A stretch of DNA of 64,000 bases from Lentimicrobiaceae bacterium (GCA_023227965.1 JALOCA010000002.1:65457-129456); one strand, 5' to 3'; numbered from the stretch's first letter, positions 9,125 to 20,502 are shown. Numbers and translations are program-made. The notes: generated from the sequence alone by a model not told the origin.

Positions 9125-10759
9125 ATGAAAATTGCTCTTGCCCAGCTCAATTACCATGTTGGTAACTTTGCTGCCAATGTTTTAAAAATAAAAAATACTA
9201 TTCGCAAGGCAAAAGAATGCCAGGCAGATATTGTTGTTTTTGCTGAATTATCCGTTTGTGGGTATCCCCCCCGTGATTTTCTTGAATTTTCCGATTTCAT
9301 CGAGCAATGCCACAACGGCATTGACGAAATTGCTTGCGAATGTACAGGCATCGCAGCCATAATAGGTGCGCCCGGTATCAATCCCAACGAAAAAGGGAAA
9401 CCTCTTTTCAATTCGGCATATTTTCTTGCAGAAGGTAAAGTTTGGGCAATACGGCATAAATCGTTGCTTCCTAATTATGATGTATTCGACGAATACCGCT
9501 ATTTTGAACCTAACCGTAATTTTGAGGTTATCAATTACCATGATCAAAAAATTGCACTTACAATTTGCGAAGACCTATGGAATATTGATAATGACCCTCT
9601 TTACACAGTAACACCTATGGATGTACTTTCCGACCAGCGTCCTACGATGATGATTAATATTGCTGCATCTCCTTTTCATTACAACCAGGATGCCGTCCGG
9701 AAATCGGTACTCACACGCAATGCCCAAAAATATGGTCTGCCGTTAGTGTATGTAAACCACGTGGGTGCACAAACTGAGCTGATTTTCGACGGGGGCTCAC
9801 TGGTGGTGGATAAAAACGGAAACATCAGCAGCGAACTCAGCTATTTTGAAGAAGATTTCAAGATAATTGATATTGATGAAAAAACTGCTGATACGGGTTA
9901 TTCCGGCACAAAGGCAGATAAAATACAATGGATACACGATGCGCTTGTTTTGGGTATTCATGATTATTTCGGGAAAATGGGTTTTCAGAAAGCTATACTG
10001 GGTTTGTCTGGAGGTATTGATTCGGCAGTTACCCTTGCTTTGGCTTCGCAGGCTCTGGGAAATAAGAATTGCCTCGCAGTGTTGCTCCCGTCCCGTTTTT
10101 CGAGCAACCATTCGGTGAACGACGCACGTTTATTAGCCGAAAATCTCAATGTCTCTTACCACATTATCAGCATTGAAGAAGCTTATAAAAGCCTTGAAAA
10201 CACTTTACAACCCTACTTTGCCGGTTTGCCTTTCGGATTGGCAGAGGAAAATGTACAGGCACGCATACGCGCCGTAATTCTGATGGCACTTTCGAATAAA
10301 TTTGGATATATTCTTTTGAATACCTCTAATAAAAGCGAAGCTGCTGTGGGTTATGGCACTCTGTATGGCGACATGTGCGGCGGCTTGTCGGTTTTGGGCG
10401 ATGTATACAAAACTGATGTGTTTGCCCTTGCACGTTACCTGAACCGCAACGGCGAAATCATTCCAGAAAACACTATTATAAAACCTCCTTCGGCTGAATT
10501 ACGTCCTGGGCAAAAAGATTCGGATTCACTACCCGAATATTCCATACTCGACCGAATTCTCTTCCAATATATTGAAGAAAGAAAAAGCCCGCGTGAACTC
10601 ATTGACGCAGGCTTTGACGAAACTATTGTACGAAAAGTGCTTCGAATGGTAAATACCAACGAATGGAAACGTTACCAAACACCTCCAATACTCCGCACTT
10701 CACCAAAGGCATTTGGCATGGGCAGAAGGATGCCTATTGTGGGAAAATATCTTTTTTAG
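9125..10759 (+). CDS. nadE: glutamine-dependent NAD+ synthetase
   Basis: 544 aa. The N-terminal CN-hydrolase domain shows MKIALAQLN and VVFAELSVCGY. The C-terminal NAD synthase domain carries the PP-loop LGLSGGIDSAV. Confidence 0.92.
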   Translation: MKIALAQLNYHVGNFAANVLKIKNTIRKAKECQADIVVFAELSVCGYPPRDFLEFSDFIEQCHNGIDEIACECTGIAAIIGAPGINPNEKGKPLFNSAYFLAEGKVWAIRHKSLLPNYDVFDEYRYFEPNRNFEVINYHDQKIALTICEDLWNIDNDPLYTVTPMDVLSDQRPTMMINIAASPFHYNQDAVRKSVLTRNAQKYGLPLVYVNHVGAQTELIFDGGSLVVDKNGNISSELSYFEEDFKIIDIDEKTADTGYSGTKADKIQWIHDALVLGIHDYFGKMGFQKAILGLSGGIDSAVTLALASQALGNKNCLAVLLPSRFSSNHSVNDARLLAENLNVSYHIISIEEAYKSLENTLQPYFAGLPFGLAEENVQARIRAVILMALSNKFGYILLNTSNKSEAAVGYGTLYGDMCGGLSVLGDVYKTDVFALARYLNRNGEIIPENTIIKPPSAELRPGQKDSDSLPEYSILDRILFQYIEERKSPRELIDAGFDETIVRKVLRMVNTNEWKRYQTPPILRTSPKAFGMGRRMPIVGKYLF

Positions 10760-10995
10760 ATAGAATCCACAGCCACTATTTCGGGAATGGCTTTCTTAAC
10801 GGCTTCTTCCACCCCGTTCTTCAGAGTCATCTGGCTGTAAGGGCACGAACCACATGCCCCCTGAAGTTCGACTTTAACGACGTTTTCGCTTGTTAATTCA
10901 ATAAAACGGATATCGCCTCCGTCAGCCTGAAGGTAAGGACGGATTTGGTCAATAACATTTTTAACTTTAGCAGTTAATTCGGGATTTGTATTCAT
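10756..10995 (-). CDS. NifU-like (Nfu C-terminal domain) Fe-S cluster protein
   Basis: 79 aa with IRPYLQADGGDI and the GACGSCP CxxC motif. It converges on nadE with a 4-nt overlap. Confidence 0.85.
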   Translation of the reverse strand: MNTNPELTAKVKNVIDQIRPYLQADGGDIRFIELTSENVVKVELQGACGSCPYSQMTLKNGVEEAVKKAIPEIVAVDSI

Positions 10996-11027
10996 TTTTT
11001 TGAAAAATTATCGTGTAAAAATTTAAT

Positions 11028-12128
11028 TTATTGTTGCAGGATAACAGGTTTTGTTGCAGGAAGGCTGACATTGCGGATTGCTACATATCGGGCTACATTT
11101 TGAGCAAGAGTATGGAAAGCTATGCCGGTGGCAGAACTTTCATCCAGGGCAATAGGGTTTCCATTGTCGCCCGACTCGCAGATGCTTTCAACGAGCGGGA
11201 TTTGACCAAGCAGGGGCACGCCGGTTTCTTCGGCAAGACGTTTACCTCCTTCTTTTCCAAAAATGTAATATTTATTTGTTGGCAGTTCGGCAGGTGTAAA
11301 ATACGACATGTTTTCGATAAGACCCAAAACAGGCACATTTACATTTTCCTGTGTGAACATGCTCAATGCCTTGCGTGCATCAGCCAGGGCAACTTCCTGC
11401 GGAGTGCTCACAATGCAAACCCCCGTAACGGGAACCTGCTGCACCAAAGTAAGATGGATGTCACCAGTTCCGGGAGGCATGTCAACCACCAGGTAATCCA
11501 GTTCGCCCCATTCCGAATCGTGAAACAACTGGCTGAGTGCATTGGAAGCCATAGGCCCTCTCCAGAGCAATGCTTTGGCAGGGTCAACAAAAAAACCAAT
11601 GGAAAGCAATTTTATTCCATATTTCTGTAACGGGATCATTATCTGTTTTCCATTTTCTTCAACAACTGAAGGATGCCCGTTCATCAAATCGAACATCAAC
11701 GGAACCGAAGGACCATAAATGTCAGCATCTAACAAACCGGTTTTTGCCCCGGTTTTTGATAATGCTACTGCAAGGTTTGCTGCTACTGTTGATTTGCCTA
11801 CTCCACCTTTTCCTGAAGCCACGGCAATGATATTTTTAACATTTCGAAGCATACTTTCGGTTGTGCTACGGCGGGTGGTTACCCGCGAGGTCATTTCTAT
11901 TTCCACATTGGCATTGGTATCAATAAGGTTATGAATAGCATTGATACAATTCTGTTTTATCAACGACTTCATAGGGCAGGCGGGTGTGGTAAGAACCACG
12001 CTGAAGCTGATTTTATTTTCTTCGGTTTTGATGTTTTCAATCATCCCAAGACTCACCAAATCCTTTTTGAGGTCGGGATCGTGAACTGTTTGTAAAGCAT
12101 TTAAAATCTGATTCTCTGTATATTGCAT
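11028..12128 (-). CDS. mrp: Mrp/NBP35 (ApbC) family Fe-S cluster carrier ATPase
   Basis: I take the start at MQYTENQILNAL (ATG 12128). An N-terminal DUF59-like domain is followed by the deviant Walker A ASGKGGVGKST and by CxxC-region motifs. Confidence 0.9.
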   Translation of the reverse strand: MQYTENQILNALQTVHDPDLKKDLVSLGMIENIKTEENKISFSVVLTTPACPMKSLIKQNCINAIHNLIDTNANVEIEMTSRVTTRRSTTESMLRNVKNIIAVASGKGGVGKSTVAANLAVALSKTGAKTGLLDADIYGPSVPLMFDLMNGHPSVVEENGKQIMIPLQKYGIKLLSIGFFVDPAKALLWRGPMASNALSQLFHDSEWGELDYLVVDMPPGTGDIHLTLVQQVPVTGVCIVSTPQEVALADARKALSMFTQENVNVPVLGLIENMSYFTPAELPTNKYYIFGKEGGKRLAEETGVPLLGQIPLVESICESGDNGNPIALDESSATGIAFHTLAQNVARYVAIRNVSLPATKPVILQQ

Positions 12129-12462
12129 TATTATTTCCTGATTATTTAGACTGCGTAAAAATAGATAAAATACCATAACGGTTGCAAACCGGCTAAAATT
12201 AATATTCCGGGTAAAAAAGTGTGGTAAAATTATAAACTCACGAGGGTAAAAAAGGTTTTTGCAACGGTATCATTAAATAAGTCCTAAATCTAAGTTACAT
12301 TTTTTATAATTTGTTTAAAACAATCATTAACCTGAACTTAGGTTATTACGCAAAGTTTACAATTTCGCACCTCTGGCCTGCACTCACGAGGATAAAATAT
12401 GAACTTTTAAGAATCAGAGTCTATCAAACCTGTTATGCTTTCTTGGAGAAAAATGAGAGGGG

Positions 12463-13146
12463 TCAGTTAAACCGGTATCCTATGCCAGATTCGGTAATAA
12501 TATGCTCGGGTTTAGCCGGGTTGTCTTCTATTTTTTTGCGTAGTTGTGCCACAAAAACCCGCAAGTATTGCGTTTGTCCGGTATAGCCATGTCCCCAGAT
12601 TTCCTTTAATATATAATGATGGGTGAGTACTTTGCTCGGATTTTTTGCCAGTAGTACTAACAGCGAAAATTCGGTAGAAGTAAGTTTGATAATTTCGTCC
12701 TCTTTATGAACAATATGGTTTACCAAATCTATTTGCAGAGTGGAATAAACGAGAACGGTATCGGTATTCTCGTTTTGCTGAACCTGCCTGAAAGCCGAGC
12801 GTATGCGTGCAAGCAGCTCGCCACTGCGAAAAGGCTTGGTAAGATAATCGTTGGCCCCGTTGTCCAGTGCCTGCACTATATCGTCTTCCAAATTTCGTAC
12901 TGATAGGATAATGATGGGATGGGAATACCACTCCCTCAACTTTTTCAGCACACTTTGACCATCCTCATCCGGAAGACCCAAATCAAGCAAAATAAGGGAC
13001 GGATTTAAAGTAGCTGCCGCCACTATGCCCTCTTTGCCGGTGCTTGCCTCTGCCACCTTGTAACCATTGGCATTAAGGGTTATTTCGAGCAGGCGTCTTA
13101 TTTGCACTTCGTCATCCACTATCAGTATGAGGTTGCTGTTTGTCAT
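12463..13146 (-). CDS. kdpE: OmpR-family response regulator KdpE
   Basis: 227 aa with a receiver domain (LIVDDE...LLDLGLPD) and a winged-helix output domain (GIGYRF). It lies directly downstream of kdpD. Confidence 0.85.
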   Translation of the reverse strand: MTNSNLILIVDDEVQIRRLLEITLNANGYKVAEASTGKEGIVAAATLNPSLILLDLGLPDEDGQSVLKKLREWYSHPIIILSVRNLEDDIVQALDNGANDYLTKPFRSGELLARIRSAFRQVQQNENTDTVLVYSTLQIDLVNHIVHKEDEIIKLTSTEFSLLVLLAKNPSKVLTHHYILKEIWGHGYTGQTQYLRVFVAQLRKKIEDNPAKPEHIITESGIGYRFN

Positions 13147-13152
13147 GGTTTT

Positions 13153-15828
13153 TTATGGCATTAATGTAAAGTCTGGAGTTTCAGAAGGAATACGTACGGT
13201 AATGATTGAGCCACCATTTTGCCTGTTTCTTATGTTAACGGTACCATTATGTGCTTCGGTAAAGCCTTTTACTATGGAAAGTCCTAATCCGGTCCCGCCG
13301 GTTTGTGTTCCCGCCACACGGTAAAACTTATCAAAGACATGTGGGATAGCTTCTTTGGGAAAACCAGGCCCGCGATCCATCACCTGCATGATAAAATTGG
13401 GCTTATCGTAATACATTTTTATCCGGAGTGTAGTTTCAGGCGGAGCATATTGCGTGGCATTGAACACCAGGTTGTATAAGATTTGTTCCACCAATCCGAA
13501 ATCAATAAATACCAGCGGGATATCGTCGGGTATTACCACTTCGAGTGAGAAATGTTGCAGTTCGTTGCGGAGGTTTTCGGTAACTTTGTTAACCAAATCG
13601 TGCACATCGTTCCAGTCCTTGCGTGGGGTTATCCTTCCCGATTCCAGCCTCGACATGTTGAGCAGATTTTCTATCAGCCTGTTCAGTCTTTCGGAAGCAG
13701 TAAATATTTCGTTGCAAAGACGGGAATAGCTGTTTTTATCATAATCAACAGAAAGCAAAGCGTCCGAAGCGCCCATGATGGTGGCAACCGGAATGCGCAA
13801 CTCATGCGAAATAGAATTGAAAAGAGTTTTGTACAGCTTGTCCGATTCGTCTAGGATGGAAGCCTTGCGGGCAAGTTCATCCAGAAACTCACGTTCCAGC
13901 GCATTGGAAAGCTGCGCTTTGAATGTCTCCCAAAAAATTTCTTCTTCTCCGCTTAAAGCCTTGGAATGCTCTACGGCAACTACCCCCACCCGCAAGCGAC
14001 TTCCATTGAGCGGATAAAAAGTATAATTGGTAGAAGGAAGGGTGTCGGTATATTTTCCGGCACTTTTGGCGTGTATAAAACTCCAGGATGCAATGCTCAT
14101 CTCCGACTCTGACAAGTGGATCGGGCTTTCGTGGGCAATGCGATGTTGCAGTTCGTTGTTGCTGCTCTGCAGGATAAATGCAGCTTCCACCTTAAAATAT
14201 TTTTTGATGTTTTTCAGGGCGGCATTTACCACCCCGTTTAATCCTGATGCGTAGGAGAGTTCTTTTGTGAGCTGGTAGAGCGCACTGGTTCGTTCTTCCC
14301 TTACGCGCGTCATCCGTTCCTGTTTGCGGACTTTGGCCGTTAAAATACCGTTGAGCAATGCAATAATAAAATACATGCCCAGCATCAGCATATCTTCAGG
14401 TCTTTCTACATGAAGGGTGAGTGAAGGCGGAATGAAAAAATAATCCCACAATAAGGCGCTTAACGTAGCTGCCAGCAAAATAGGGCCTATTCCCAAAAAC
14501 ATGGCAAGAATGGATACGGTAAAAAGCAAGGTGTATGCTACCACCTGGTATCCGAAAAATTGTTTCATGGGATAAAATACCAAAGCGGTAACAATAGTTA
14601 TGAAACCCGCCAGGAAATATTGCGAAAAACCTGATGCAAAGGATGGAAAAGTTATATATCGCAAGTATTGATTATCGGCGGGGCCATCGGCTCCCATTAC
14701 ATATACATCAATATTTCCACTATGGCGTACAAGGCGATTGATAAAATTTCCAAGTCTTAACAATGAAAAAAGGTTTCGATGTTTTGGTTTTCCAATGATA
14801 ATGTGGGTGATGTTTTCGCGCTGGGCTATGTTTAAGATGGCTTTTACAATGTCGTCGCCGGAAGTGGAAACATACCTTGCTCCCAGCATTTTTGCAAGGC
14901 GAACATTTTTATTCAACTGTTCTTGCCTGGCCGGCGAAAGTTTGTTGGGCGATTCCACATAAAGTGTCATCAGCGTAGCTCCCATGGTGTAGGAGAGACT
15001 TTTGGCCCACCGGATAAGTCTGGCAGATTGTTTGCTTGGTCCAATTACAGCCATCAGGTGTAAGCCTGATTTCCATGGCCCGGGAATACGTTTTTGCTGC
15101 ATGTATTCCCGTAGCTGTTTGTCAACCCTGTCGGCTACCATGCGTAATGCCATTTCGCGCAAAGCAGTAATATTTCCTTTGCGGAAAAAATTATTGATGG
15201 CTTCCGCCGAACGTTCAGGAGTGTAAATTTTCCCTTCCGAAAAGCGCTGAAGCAATTCTGCCGGAGTAATGTCCACCAGCTCTATCTCATCGGCTTGTTC
15301 AAAGATTTCGTCGGGCAGGGTTTCCCGAACCGATATTCCGGTGATTTGTGCTACCGTATCCGACTTGCTTTCGATGTGCTGAACATTTACGGTAGTATAA
15401 ACATCTATTCCGCTGTCAAGAATATCCATTACGTCCTGGTAGCGTTTCAGGTGGCGGCTGCCGGGAGCGTTGGTATGGGCAAGTTCGTCCATCAGCACAA
15501 TCTGCGGGTTGCGATCAAGGATAGCTTCCGCATCCGGCTCATGAAATGTCTTTTCTTTATAAACTATTTCGGCACGTGGGATTTGTTCCAGCCCTTCCAG
15601 TAATTCTTCGGTTTCCTGACGATGATGGGTTTCCACATAGCCAATCACGATGTCCACTCCTTTCGACTTATCAATCTGTGCTGCACGAAGCATGGAAAAA
15701 GTCTTTCCTACCCCGGCACACATCCCGAAAAAGATTTTCAGTTTTCCCCGTTTACTTTTTTCTTCTTCTAATTTTAAAGAAGCTAATAGTTCACCAGGGC
15801 TGGGCTTATGTTCTTCGTAGTGATTCAT
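13153..15828 (-). CDS. kdpD: sensor histidine kinase KdpD (full-length: KdpD-N, Usp-like, TM and HK domains)
   Basis: 891 aa. The N-terminal part has the P-loop FFGMCAGVGKT, followed by four TM helices. The H-box is SHELRIPV and the kinase motifs are N-box NLVFNATQYA and G-box GTGLGLSIV. Confidence 0.9.
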   Translation of the reverse strand: MNHYEEHKPSPGELLASLKLEEEKSKRGKLKIFFGMCAGVGKTFSMLRAAQIDKSKGVDIVIGYVETHHRQETEELLEGLEQIPRAEIVYKEKTFHEPDAEAILDRNPQIVLMDELAHTNAPGSRHLKRYQDVMDILDSGIDVYTTVNVQHIESKSDTVAQITGISVRETLPDEIFEQADEIELVDITPAELLQRFSEGKIYTPERSAEAINNFFRKGNITALREMALRMVADRVDKQLREYMQQKRIPGPWKSGLHLMAVIGPSKQSARLIRWAKSLSYTMGATLMTLYVESPNKLSPARQEQLNKNVRLAKMLGARYVSTSGDDIVKAILNIAQRENITHIIIGKPKHRNLFSLLRLGNFINRLVRHSGNIDVYVMGADGPADNQYLRYITFPSFASGFSQYFLAGFITIVTALVFYPMKQFFGYQVVAYTLLFTVSILAMFLGIGPILLAATLSALLWDYFFIPPSLTLHVERPEDMLMLGMYFIIALLNGILTAKVRKQERMTRVREERTSALYQLTKELSYASGLNGVVNAALKNIKKYFKVEAAFILQSSNNELQHRIAHESPIHLSESEMSIASWSFIHAKSAGKYTDTLPSTNYTFYPLNGSRLRVGVVAVEHSKALSGEEEIFWETFKAQLSNALEREFLDELARKASILDESDKLYKTLFNSISHELRIPVATIMGASDALLSVDYDKNSYSRLCNEIFTASERLNRLIENLLNMSRLESGRITPRKDWNDVHDLVNKVTENLRNELQHFSLEVVIPDDIPLVFIDFGLVEQILYNLVFNATQYAPPETTLRIKMYYDKPNFIMQVMDRGPGFPKEAIPHVFDKFYRVAGTQTGGTGLGLSIVKGFTEAHNGTVNIRNRQNGGSIITVRIPSETPDFTLMP

Positions 15829-16406
15829 GGCGTTTTATCAAGAGCTAAATTAAGCATAAAAACATTTACACGGGCTTCTCCAAGAAGAGAAAACTGCGGC
15901 AATTCTGTTTTTTTAAGAATAAGCTCTTCTAATTGCCTCTTTTGCTGCTTGCTGAAACTTCTTGCAGCAGCAATTCTATCCATTTGGAGCAAAGCTGCCC
16001 GCGGAGAAATATGCGGATCTAAACCGCTTGCCGATGCAAAAACCATTTCGGCGGGAACGACGGTGTTAGTCCGAAGGTTGTTTCCGAAGACAAAAGCCTT
16101 ACGTCTTTTTTCTGCAAGATTTTTAAGCTTTTCACTGGTAGGACCTAAGTTGGAACCTCCCGAAGGCAGGGTGTTGTAATCCGTTGCCGAAGGTCGCGGC
16201 CAGAAATAGATGCTGCTATCGGTCTTTTGTCCGATGAGTTCCGAACCGAGGAGCCTTCCATCCTTTTTTACCAGGCTTCCGTTTGCCTGATGGGGAAAAA
16301 TGAGCTGTGCCAATCCGGTTATCATCAAAGGATAAAGAATGCCGGTAAGAATTGTAAAAGCCAGCAGCATTTTAACTGCAATCATTCCTTGTGATTTCAT
16401 TTTCAA
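15825..16406 (-). CDS. kdpC: K+-transporting ATPase subunit C
   Basis: 193 aa with a single N-terminal TM, then [23 protein letters not shown] and [11 protein letters not shown], both typical of KdpC. Confidence 0.9.
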   Translation of the reverse strand: MKMKSQGMIAVKMLLAFTILTGILYPLMITGLAQLIFPHQANGSLVKKDGRLLGSELIGQKTDSSIYFWPRPSATDYNTLPSGGSNLGPTSEKLKNLAEKRRKAFVFGNNLRTNTVVPAEMVFASASGLDPHISPRAALLQMDRIAAARSFSKQQKRQLEELILKKTELPQFSLLGEARVNVFMLNLALDKTP

Positions 16407-18499
16407 ATAATGTTAAAATAAACGAGCAACAGGTCAATCATCTTTATTCCGATAAAAGGCACTACTAAACCTCCGGCGCCATAAATCAGTAGGTTACGGG
16501 TAAGAATAGCATTGGCAGACAAGGGACGGTATTTAATCCCTTTCAGAGCCAAAGGAATCAATAGTATGATAATAATAGCATTAAAAATAACCGCACTCAG
16601 GATAGCACTTGCCGGAGAAGTAAGCCTCATCACGTTGAGGGCGGATAAAGGACCCGGCAGATTGCCTGTTGCGTAAAGCGAAACTGCAACTGCGGGTATG
16701 ATGGCAAAATATTTAGCCACATCATTGGCAATACTAAAGGTAGTCAGGGCGCCACGTGTCATCAGCAACTGTTTCCCGGTTTCCACCACTTCAATAAGTT
16801 TGGTCGGATTACTGTCCAGGTCCACCATGTTGCCGGCTTCGCGGGCAGCCTGGGTTCCGGTGTTCATGGCAAGCCCGACGTCTGCCTGGGCAAGTGCCGG
16901 AGCGTCGTTGGTTCCGTCGCCTATCATTCCTACTAAGTGTCCGTTAGCTTGTTCCTGGCGAATGCGGTACAATTTATCTTCCGGTTTTGCTTCTGCAAGA
17001 AAGTCGTCCACCCCGGCTTCAGCAGCAATAGCAGCGGCGGTCAGCGGGTTATCGCCGGTAATCATTACCGTTCGGATACCCATAGCCCTTAATTGGGCAA
17101 ACCGCTGTTTAATACCACCTTTTACAATATCCTTCAGATGAATAACTCCCAGCACACGGTTGTTTTCGGCAACTACCAAAGGTGTTGCTCCCTGCTTTGC
17201 CAGCGAGGCAACTATTTCCTCCACTTTCTTTGGGAAAAAACCATTGTTGTCTTCGATGAATTTTTTCACCGTATCGGTTGCTCCTTTCCGTATGCTCCGG
17301 ATGGAGCCATCTGGCTGCCGTATGTCCACTCCGCTCATCCGCGACTGGGCGGTAAAAGGAATAAATGTGGTTTCGGATGGATGAATTTCTTTTCCGCGAA
17401 GGTTAAATTTTTCCTTGGCAAGCACCACAATGGAACGTCCTTCGGGAGTTTCATCGGCAAGGGAAGATAGTTGTGCAGCATTTGCCATTTGTTCCGGGCT
17501 TATTCCTTCGGCAGGAATAAAATCCGTTGCCATTCTGTTTCCTAAGGTTATGGTACCTGTTTTATCTAAAAGGAGAACGTCAACATCCCCGGCAGCTTCG
17601 ATGGCTTTGCCACTGGTGGCAATCACGTTTTTTTGCAACAAACGGTCCATGCCGCTGATGCCGATGGCACTAAGCAGCCCTCCGATGGTAGTGGGAATCA
17701 AACATACCAATAAGGCAATCAGTACAGATAACGAGAGATTATGTTGCATAGGCTGTTCGGATGCCGCAAGGTCGTAGCCGAAAAAGGCAGGTAAAGTAAC
17801 TACTGCCAGCAGAAAAATGATGGTCAGCCCCGACAAAAGGATGGTTAAAGCTATTTCGTTAGGTGTTTTTTGCCGTTTGGCACCTTCTACCAGGGCTATC
17901 ATCCGGTCGAGGAATGTATTGCCCTGTTCGGATGTAACTTCTATTATTATCCTATCGCTTATCACTTTGGTGCCACCGGTTACTGCACTACGGTCGCCGC
18001 CGCTTTCGCGAATTACCGGAGCCGATTCGCCGGTGATAGCCGATTCGTCCACGCTGGCAATGCCTTCTATTACTTCTCCATCGGCTGGAATAATATCCCC
18101 GGTTTCGCATACTACCCGGTCTCCCCGTTTAACTTCTGTCGCACCAATTATCTCTTCTCTTCCGTTAATCAACTTACGGGCTTTGGTTTGTGTGCGGCTT
18201 CTCCGGAGGCTGTCTGCCTGTGCTTTTCCTCTTCCTTCGGCTATGGCTTCAGAAAAATTGGCAAACAGTACCGTAAACCACAGCCAAATGGTAATCTGAA
18301 AATCGAAGGAGGAAAAAGTACCTGAAAAAATATCCATCACCACTAAAAGACTGGTTATGGATGCGCCGATGGCTACAATAAAAATGACAGGATTTTTCAC
18401 TAATGTCGCCGGATTCATCTTTTTTAAAGCATCAAGCAGTGCTTTCTCAAATATCTTACGTGTAAATAAACGCGTTTTTTTATATTCTTTCGGTGTCAT
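16403..18499 (-). CDS. kdpB: K+-transporting P-type ATPase subunit B
   Basis: 698 aa with the DKTGTIT phosphorylation site, [10 protein letters not shown] and [16 protein letters not shown]. Confidence 0.95.
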   Translation of the reverse strand: MTPKEYKKTRLFTRKIFEKALLDALKKMNPATLVKNPVIFIVAIGASITSLLVVMDIFSGTFSSFDFQITIWLWFTVLFANFSEAIAEGRGKAQADSLRRSRTQTKARKLINGREEIIGATEVKRGDRVVCETGDIIPADGEVIEGIASVDESAITGESAPVIRESGGDRSAVTGGTKVISDRIIIEVTSEQGNTFLDRMIALVEGAKRQKTPNEIALTILLSGLTIIFLLAVVTLPAFFGYDLAASEQPMQHNLSLSVLIALLVCLIPTTIGGLLSAIGISGMDRLLQKNVIATSGKAIEAAGDVDVLLLDKTGTITLGNRMATDFIPAEGISPEQMANAAQLSSLADETPEGRSIVVLAKEKFNLRGKEIHPSETTFIPFTAQSRMSGVDIRQPDGSIRSIRKGATDTVKKFIEDNNGFFPKKVEEIVASLAKQGATPLVVAENNRVLGVIHLKDIVKGGIKQRFAQLRAMGIRTVMITGDNPLTAAAIAAEAGVDDFLAEAKPEDKLYRIRQEQANGHLVGMIGDGTNDAPALAQADVGLAMNTGTQAAREAGNMVDLDSNPTKLIEVVETGKQLLMTRGALTTFSIANDVAKYFAIIPAVAVSLYATGNLPGPLSALNVMRLTSPASAILSAVIFNAIIIILLIPLALKGIKYRPLSANAILTRNLLIYGAGGLVVPFIGIKMIDLLLVYFNII

Positions 18500-18510
18500 A
18501 ATATCATCAT

Positions 18511-20196
18511 TTAAAAGGTAATACCACTATTCATCAGTAAATGCTCCATTACCGGTCCCAGCGAAAGTGCCGGGAAAAAGGTTAATCCGCCTACAATCAG
18601 TATCACGCCTATTAGTAGCATAACAAACAGCCAGTTATCGGTACGAAAAGTGCCGGCGGAAAGTGGAGTGATTTTTTTACGTGCCATATTTCCTGCAATG
18701 GCAAGCACCGGAATGATGATTCCAAATCGCCCGATAATCATTCCTATGGCTATGGTAAGATTGTAAAAGACAGTATTGGTGTTTAAACCGGCAAATGCAC
18801 TTCCGTTGTTTCCTGCTGCAGAACTGTAAGCATATAATATTTCAGAAAAACCATGAGGTCCGGTATTGTTTAGTCCAGCCAACCCGGGTGCAAACCTGCA
18901 CGCCCATGCCGTAAATACAAGTACTACAAAATTAGGAGCCAATACTGCTATCATTGCCATCCTTACTTCGTAAGCTTCAATTTTTTTACCGAGATATTCT
19001 GGGGTTCTTCCCACCATCAGTCCTGCAATAAATACCGTAAGTATGATAAAAACAGCCATTCCGTACAAGCCTGCACCAACACCACCAAACACCACTTCCC
19101 CGATCATCATATTAAAAATAGCTACCATTCCGGCCAGGGGTGAAAAACTGTCGTGCATGGCATTTACCGAACCGTTGGAGGCATCGGTGGTAACTACCGA
19201 CCATAACACACTGTTGGTAACCCCAAGCCGGGTTTCTTTTCCTTCCATACATCCGGCAACGTGCAATGCTGCATTATAATGATATTCTGAATAAAAGGAG
19301 GTAATCAGCCCGGCAGAAAAAAGGATGAACATTACCAGGAACAATGTCCACCCATGCCGTAAGGAACCACTAAGTTTTCCGTAGGTGATGGTTAAAGCCG
19401 ATGGGATAAGAAGGATGGCAAGCATTTCGAGGAAATTACTTAAAGGTGTCGGATTTTCAAACGGATGGGCACTGTTTGTGTTGAAAAAACCTCCTCCGTT
19501 GGTTCCCAACTGTTTGATGGCAATCTGGGAAGCTGCTGGACCTAAGGGAATGGATTGCTTTGCTCCCTGTAAAGTTTCGGCAGTTTGGTAAGATGAAAAA
19601 GTTTGCACCACGCCTTGTCCTACCAGCACTATAGCCAGAAGCAGGGATAAAGGTAAAAGGACATACACCACCGAGCGGGTAAGATCTGTCCAGAAATTGC
19701 CAAGAGTTTCGGTAGATTTACGGGTAAGCCCCCTCAGCAATGCCAGCAGAACGGCAATACCGGTGGCCGCACTTACAAAGTTTTGTACCGTTAATCCAAG
19801 CATTTGCACCAGATAGCCCAGGGTAATTTCTCCACCATATGACTGCCAGTTGGTATTGGTCATGAAACTTACGGCGGTATTCAGAGCAAGATGCCACGAA
19901 ACATCCGGCAAGTGTTGCGGATTGCCTGGAAGTTGATTTTGAAATAGCTGTAGCAGAAATACCACAAGAAATCCGAAGAAGTTGAAAAGTACAAGTCCCC
20001 ATGTATAGGTTTTCCAGTTCATCTCCTGGTTTTCGTTTGCCCCTGTAAACCGGTAGATTCCTTTTTCAAGCCATCCAAATACTGGTTTCAGAATGTGTTT
20101 CTCATTCATAAAAACTTTAGCCATAAACAATCCGAGCAAGGGAGCTAAAGCGAGCAATCCGATTATGTAAATCGCTATCTGGACTAAATCGTTCAT
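18511..20196 (-). CDS. kdpA: K+-transporting ATPase subunit A
   Basis: 561 aa polytopic protein with selectivity-filter-like motifs [14 protein letters not shown] and [12 protein letters not shown]. Confidence 0.95.
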   Translation of the reverse strand: MNDLVQIAIYIIGLLALAPLLGLFMAKVFMNEKHILKPVFGWLEKGIYRFTGANENQEMNWKTYTWGLVLFNFFGFLVVFLLQLFQNQLPGNPQHLPDVSWHLALNTAVSFMTNTNWQSYGGEITLGYLVQMLGLTVQNFVSAATGIAVLLALLRGLTRKSTETLGNFWTDLTRSVVYVLLPLSLLLAIVLVGQGVVQTFSSYQTAETLQGAKQSIPLGPAASQIAIKQLGTNGGGFFNTNSAHPFENPTPLSNFLEMLAILLIPSALTITYGKLSGSLRHGWTLFLVMFILFSAGLITSFYSEYHYNAALHVAGCMEGKETRLGVTNSVLWSVVTTDASNGSVNAMHDSFSPLAGMVAIFNMMIGEVVFGGVGAGLYGMAVFIILTVFIAGLMVGRTPEYLGKKIEAYEVRMAMIAVLAPNFVVLVFTAWACRFAPGLAGLNNTGPHGFSEILYAYSSAAGNNGSAFAGLNTNTVFYNLTIAIGMIIGRFGIIIPVLAIAGNMARKKITPLSAGTFRTDNWLFVMLLIGVILIVGGLTFFPALSLGPVMEHLLMNSGITF

Positions 20197-20201
20197 ATTT
20201 T

Positions 20202-20312
20202 TTATAGTTTAAATTTTGTATGAAAAAATTTCTCAATAAACAAAGTCAGCCAATAGCTGATGAAAAAAACAGCAATTAATCCGCCAAAAAATTCGACAAG
20301 TGTAAATACCAT
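20202..20312 (-). CDS. candidate 36-aa single-TM micro-protein between kdpF and kdpA
   Basis: The internal ATG (20312) of track ORF 20202..20444 gives MVFTLVEFFGGLIAVFFISYWLTLFIEKFFHTKFKL. It starts 5 nt after the kdpF stop and ends 6 nt before the kdpA ATG. I have no homology evidence for it. Confidence 0.3.
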   Translation of the reverse strand: MVFTLVEFFGGLIAVFFISYWLTLFIEKFFHTKFKL

Positions 20313-20316
20313 TTGT

Positions 20317-20415
20317 TTAAAATTTATCGGGTTTAAACAAAGTGTAAACAAGGTAAATAAGAAGTAATAAGGCAATAATAGCCCCACATAGGTAAGCAAA
20401 CGTATTACCCGACAT
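20317..20415 (-). CDS. kdpF: K+-transporting ATPase subunit F (32 aa; an alternative upstream ATG at 20481 would give 54 aa)
   Basis: Not in the ORF track, being under 60 aa and in a different frame from 20202..20444. The hand translation is MSGNTFAYLCGAIIALLLLIYLVYTLFKPDKF*. The tail LLLLIYLVYTLFKPDKF matches the KdpF pattern (...YLvYALl.PE.F). Confidence 0.65.
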   Translation of the reverse strand: MSGNTFAYLCGAIIALLLLIYLVYTLFKPDKF

Positions 20416-20502
20416 AATGGATAAAAGCAACATCCGGAGAACACCGGGTTTTAACAATGTTGATAAAATAATTGCATTCATATCGTCATAAATTCAACGA
20501 TA

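Noticed and set aside
11031-11630. A 199-aa plus-strand ORF antisense to mrp.
   Set aside because: The minus-strand frame carries unmistakable Mrp/NBP35 motifs (GKGGVGKST). The antisense product has no motif and an odd composition.
12311-12586. A 91-aa plus-strand ORF spanning the mrp-kdpE intergenic region and the kdpE 3' end.
   Set aside because: It overlaps the well-supported kdpE on the opposite strand. It has no start context or motif and looks like random open frame.
16698-18325. Several 120-160-aa plus-strand ORFs inside kdpB.
   Set aside because: They are antisense to a P-type ATPase with all canonical motifs. Their Ser/Pro/Ala/Arg-rich composition is typical of antisense frames.
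20202-20444. The 80-aa track ORF upstream of kdpA taken at full length.
   Set aside because: Its N-terminal half is the out-of-frame overlap with a clear KdpF reading frame. Only its last 36 codons are kept, as a low-confidence micro-ORF.
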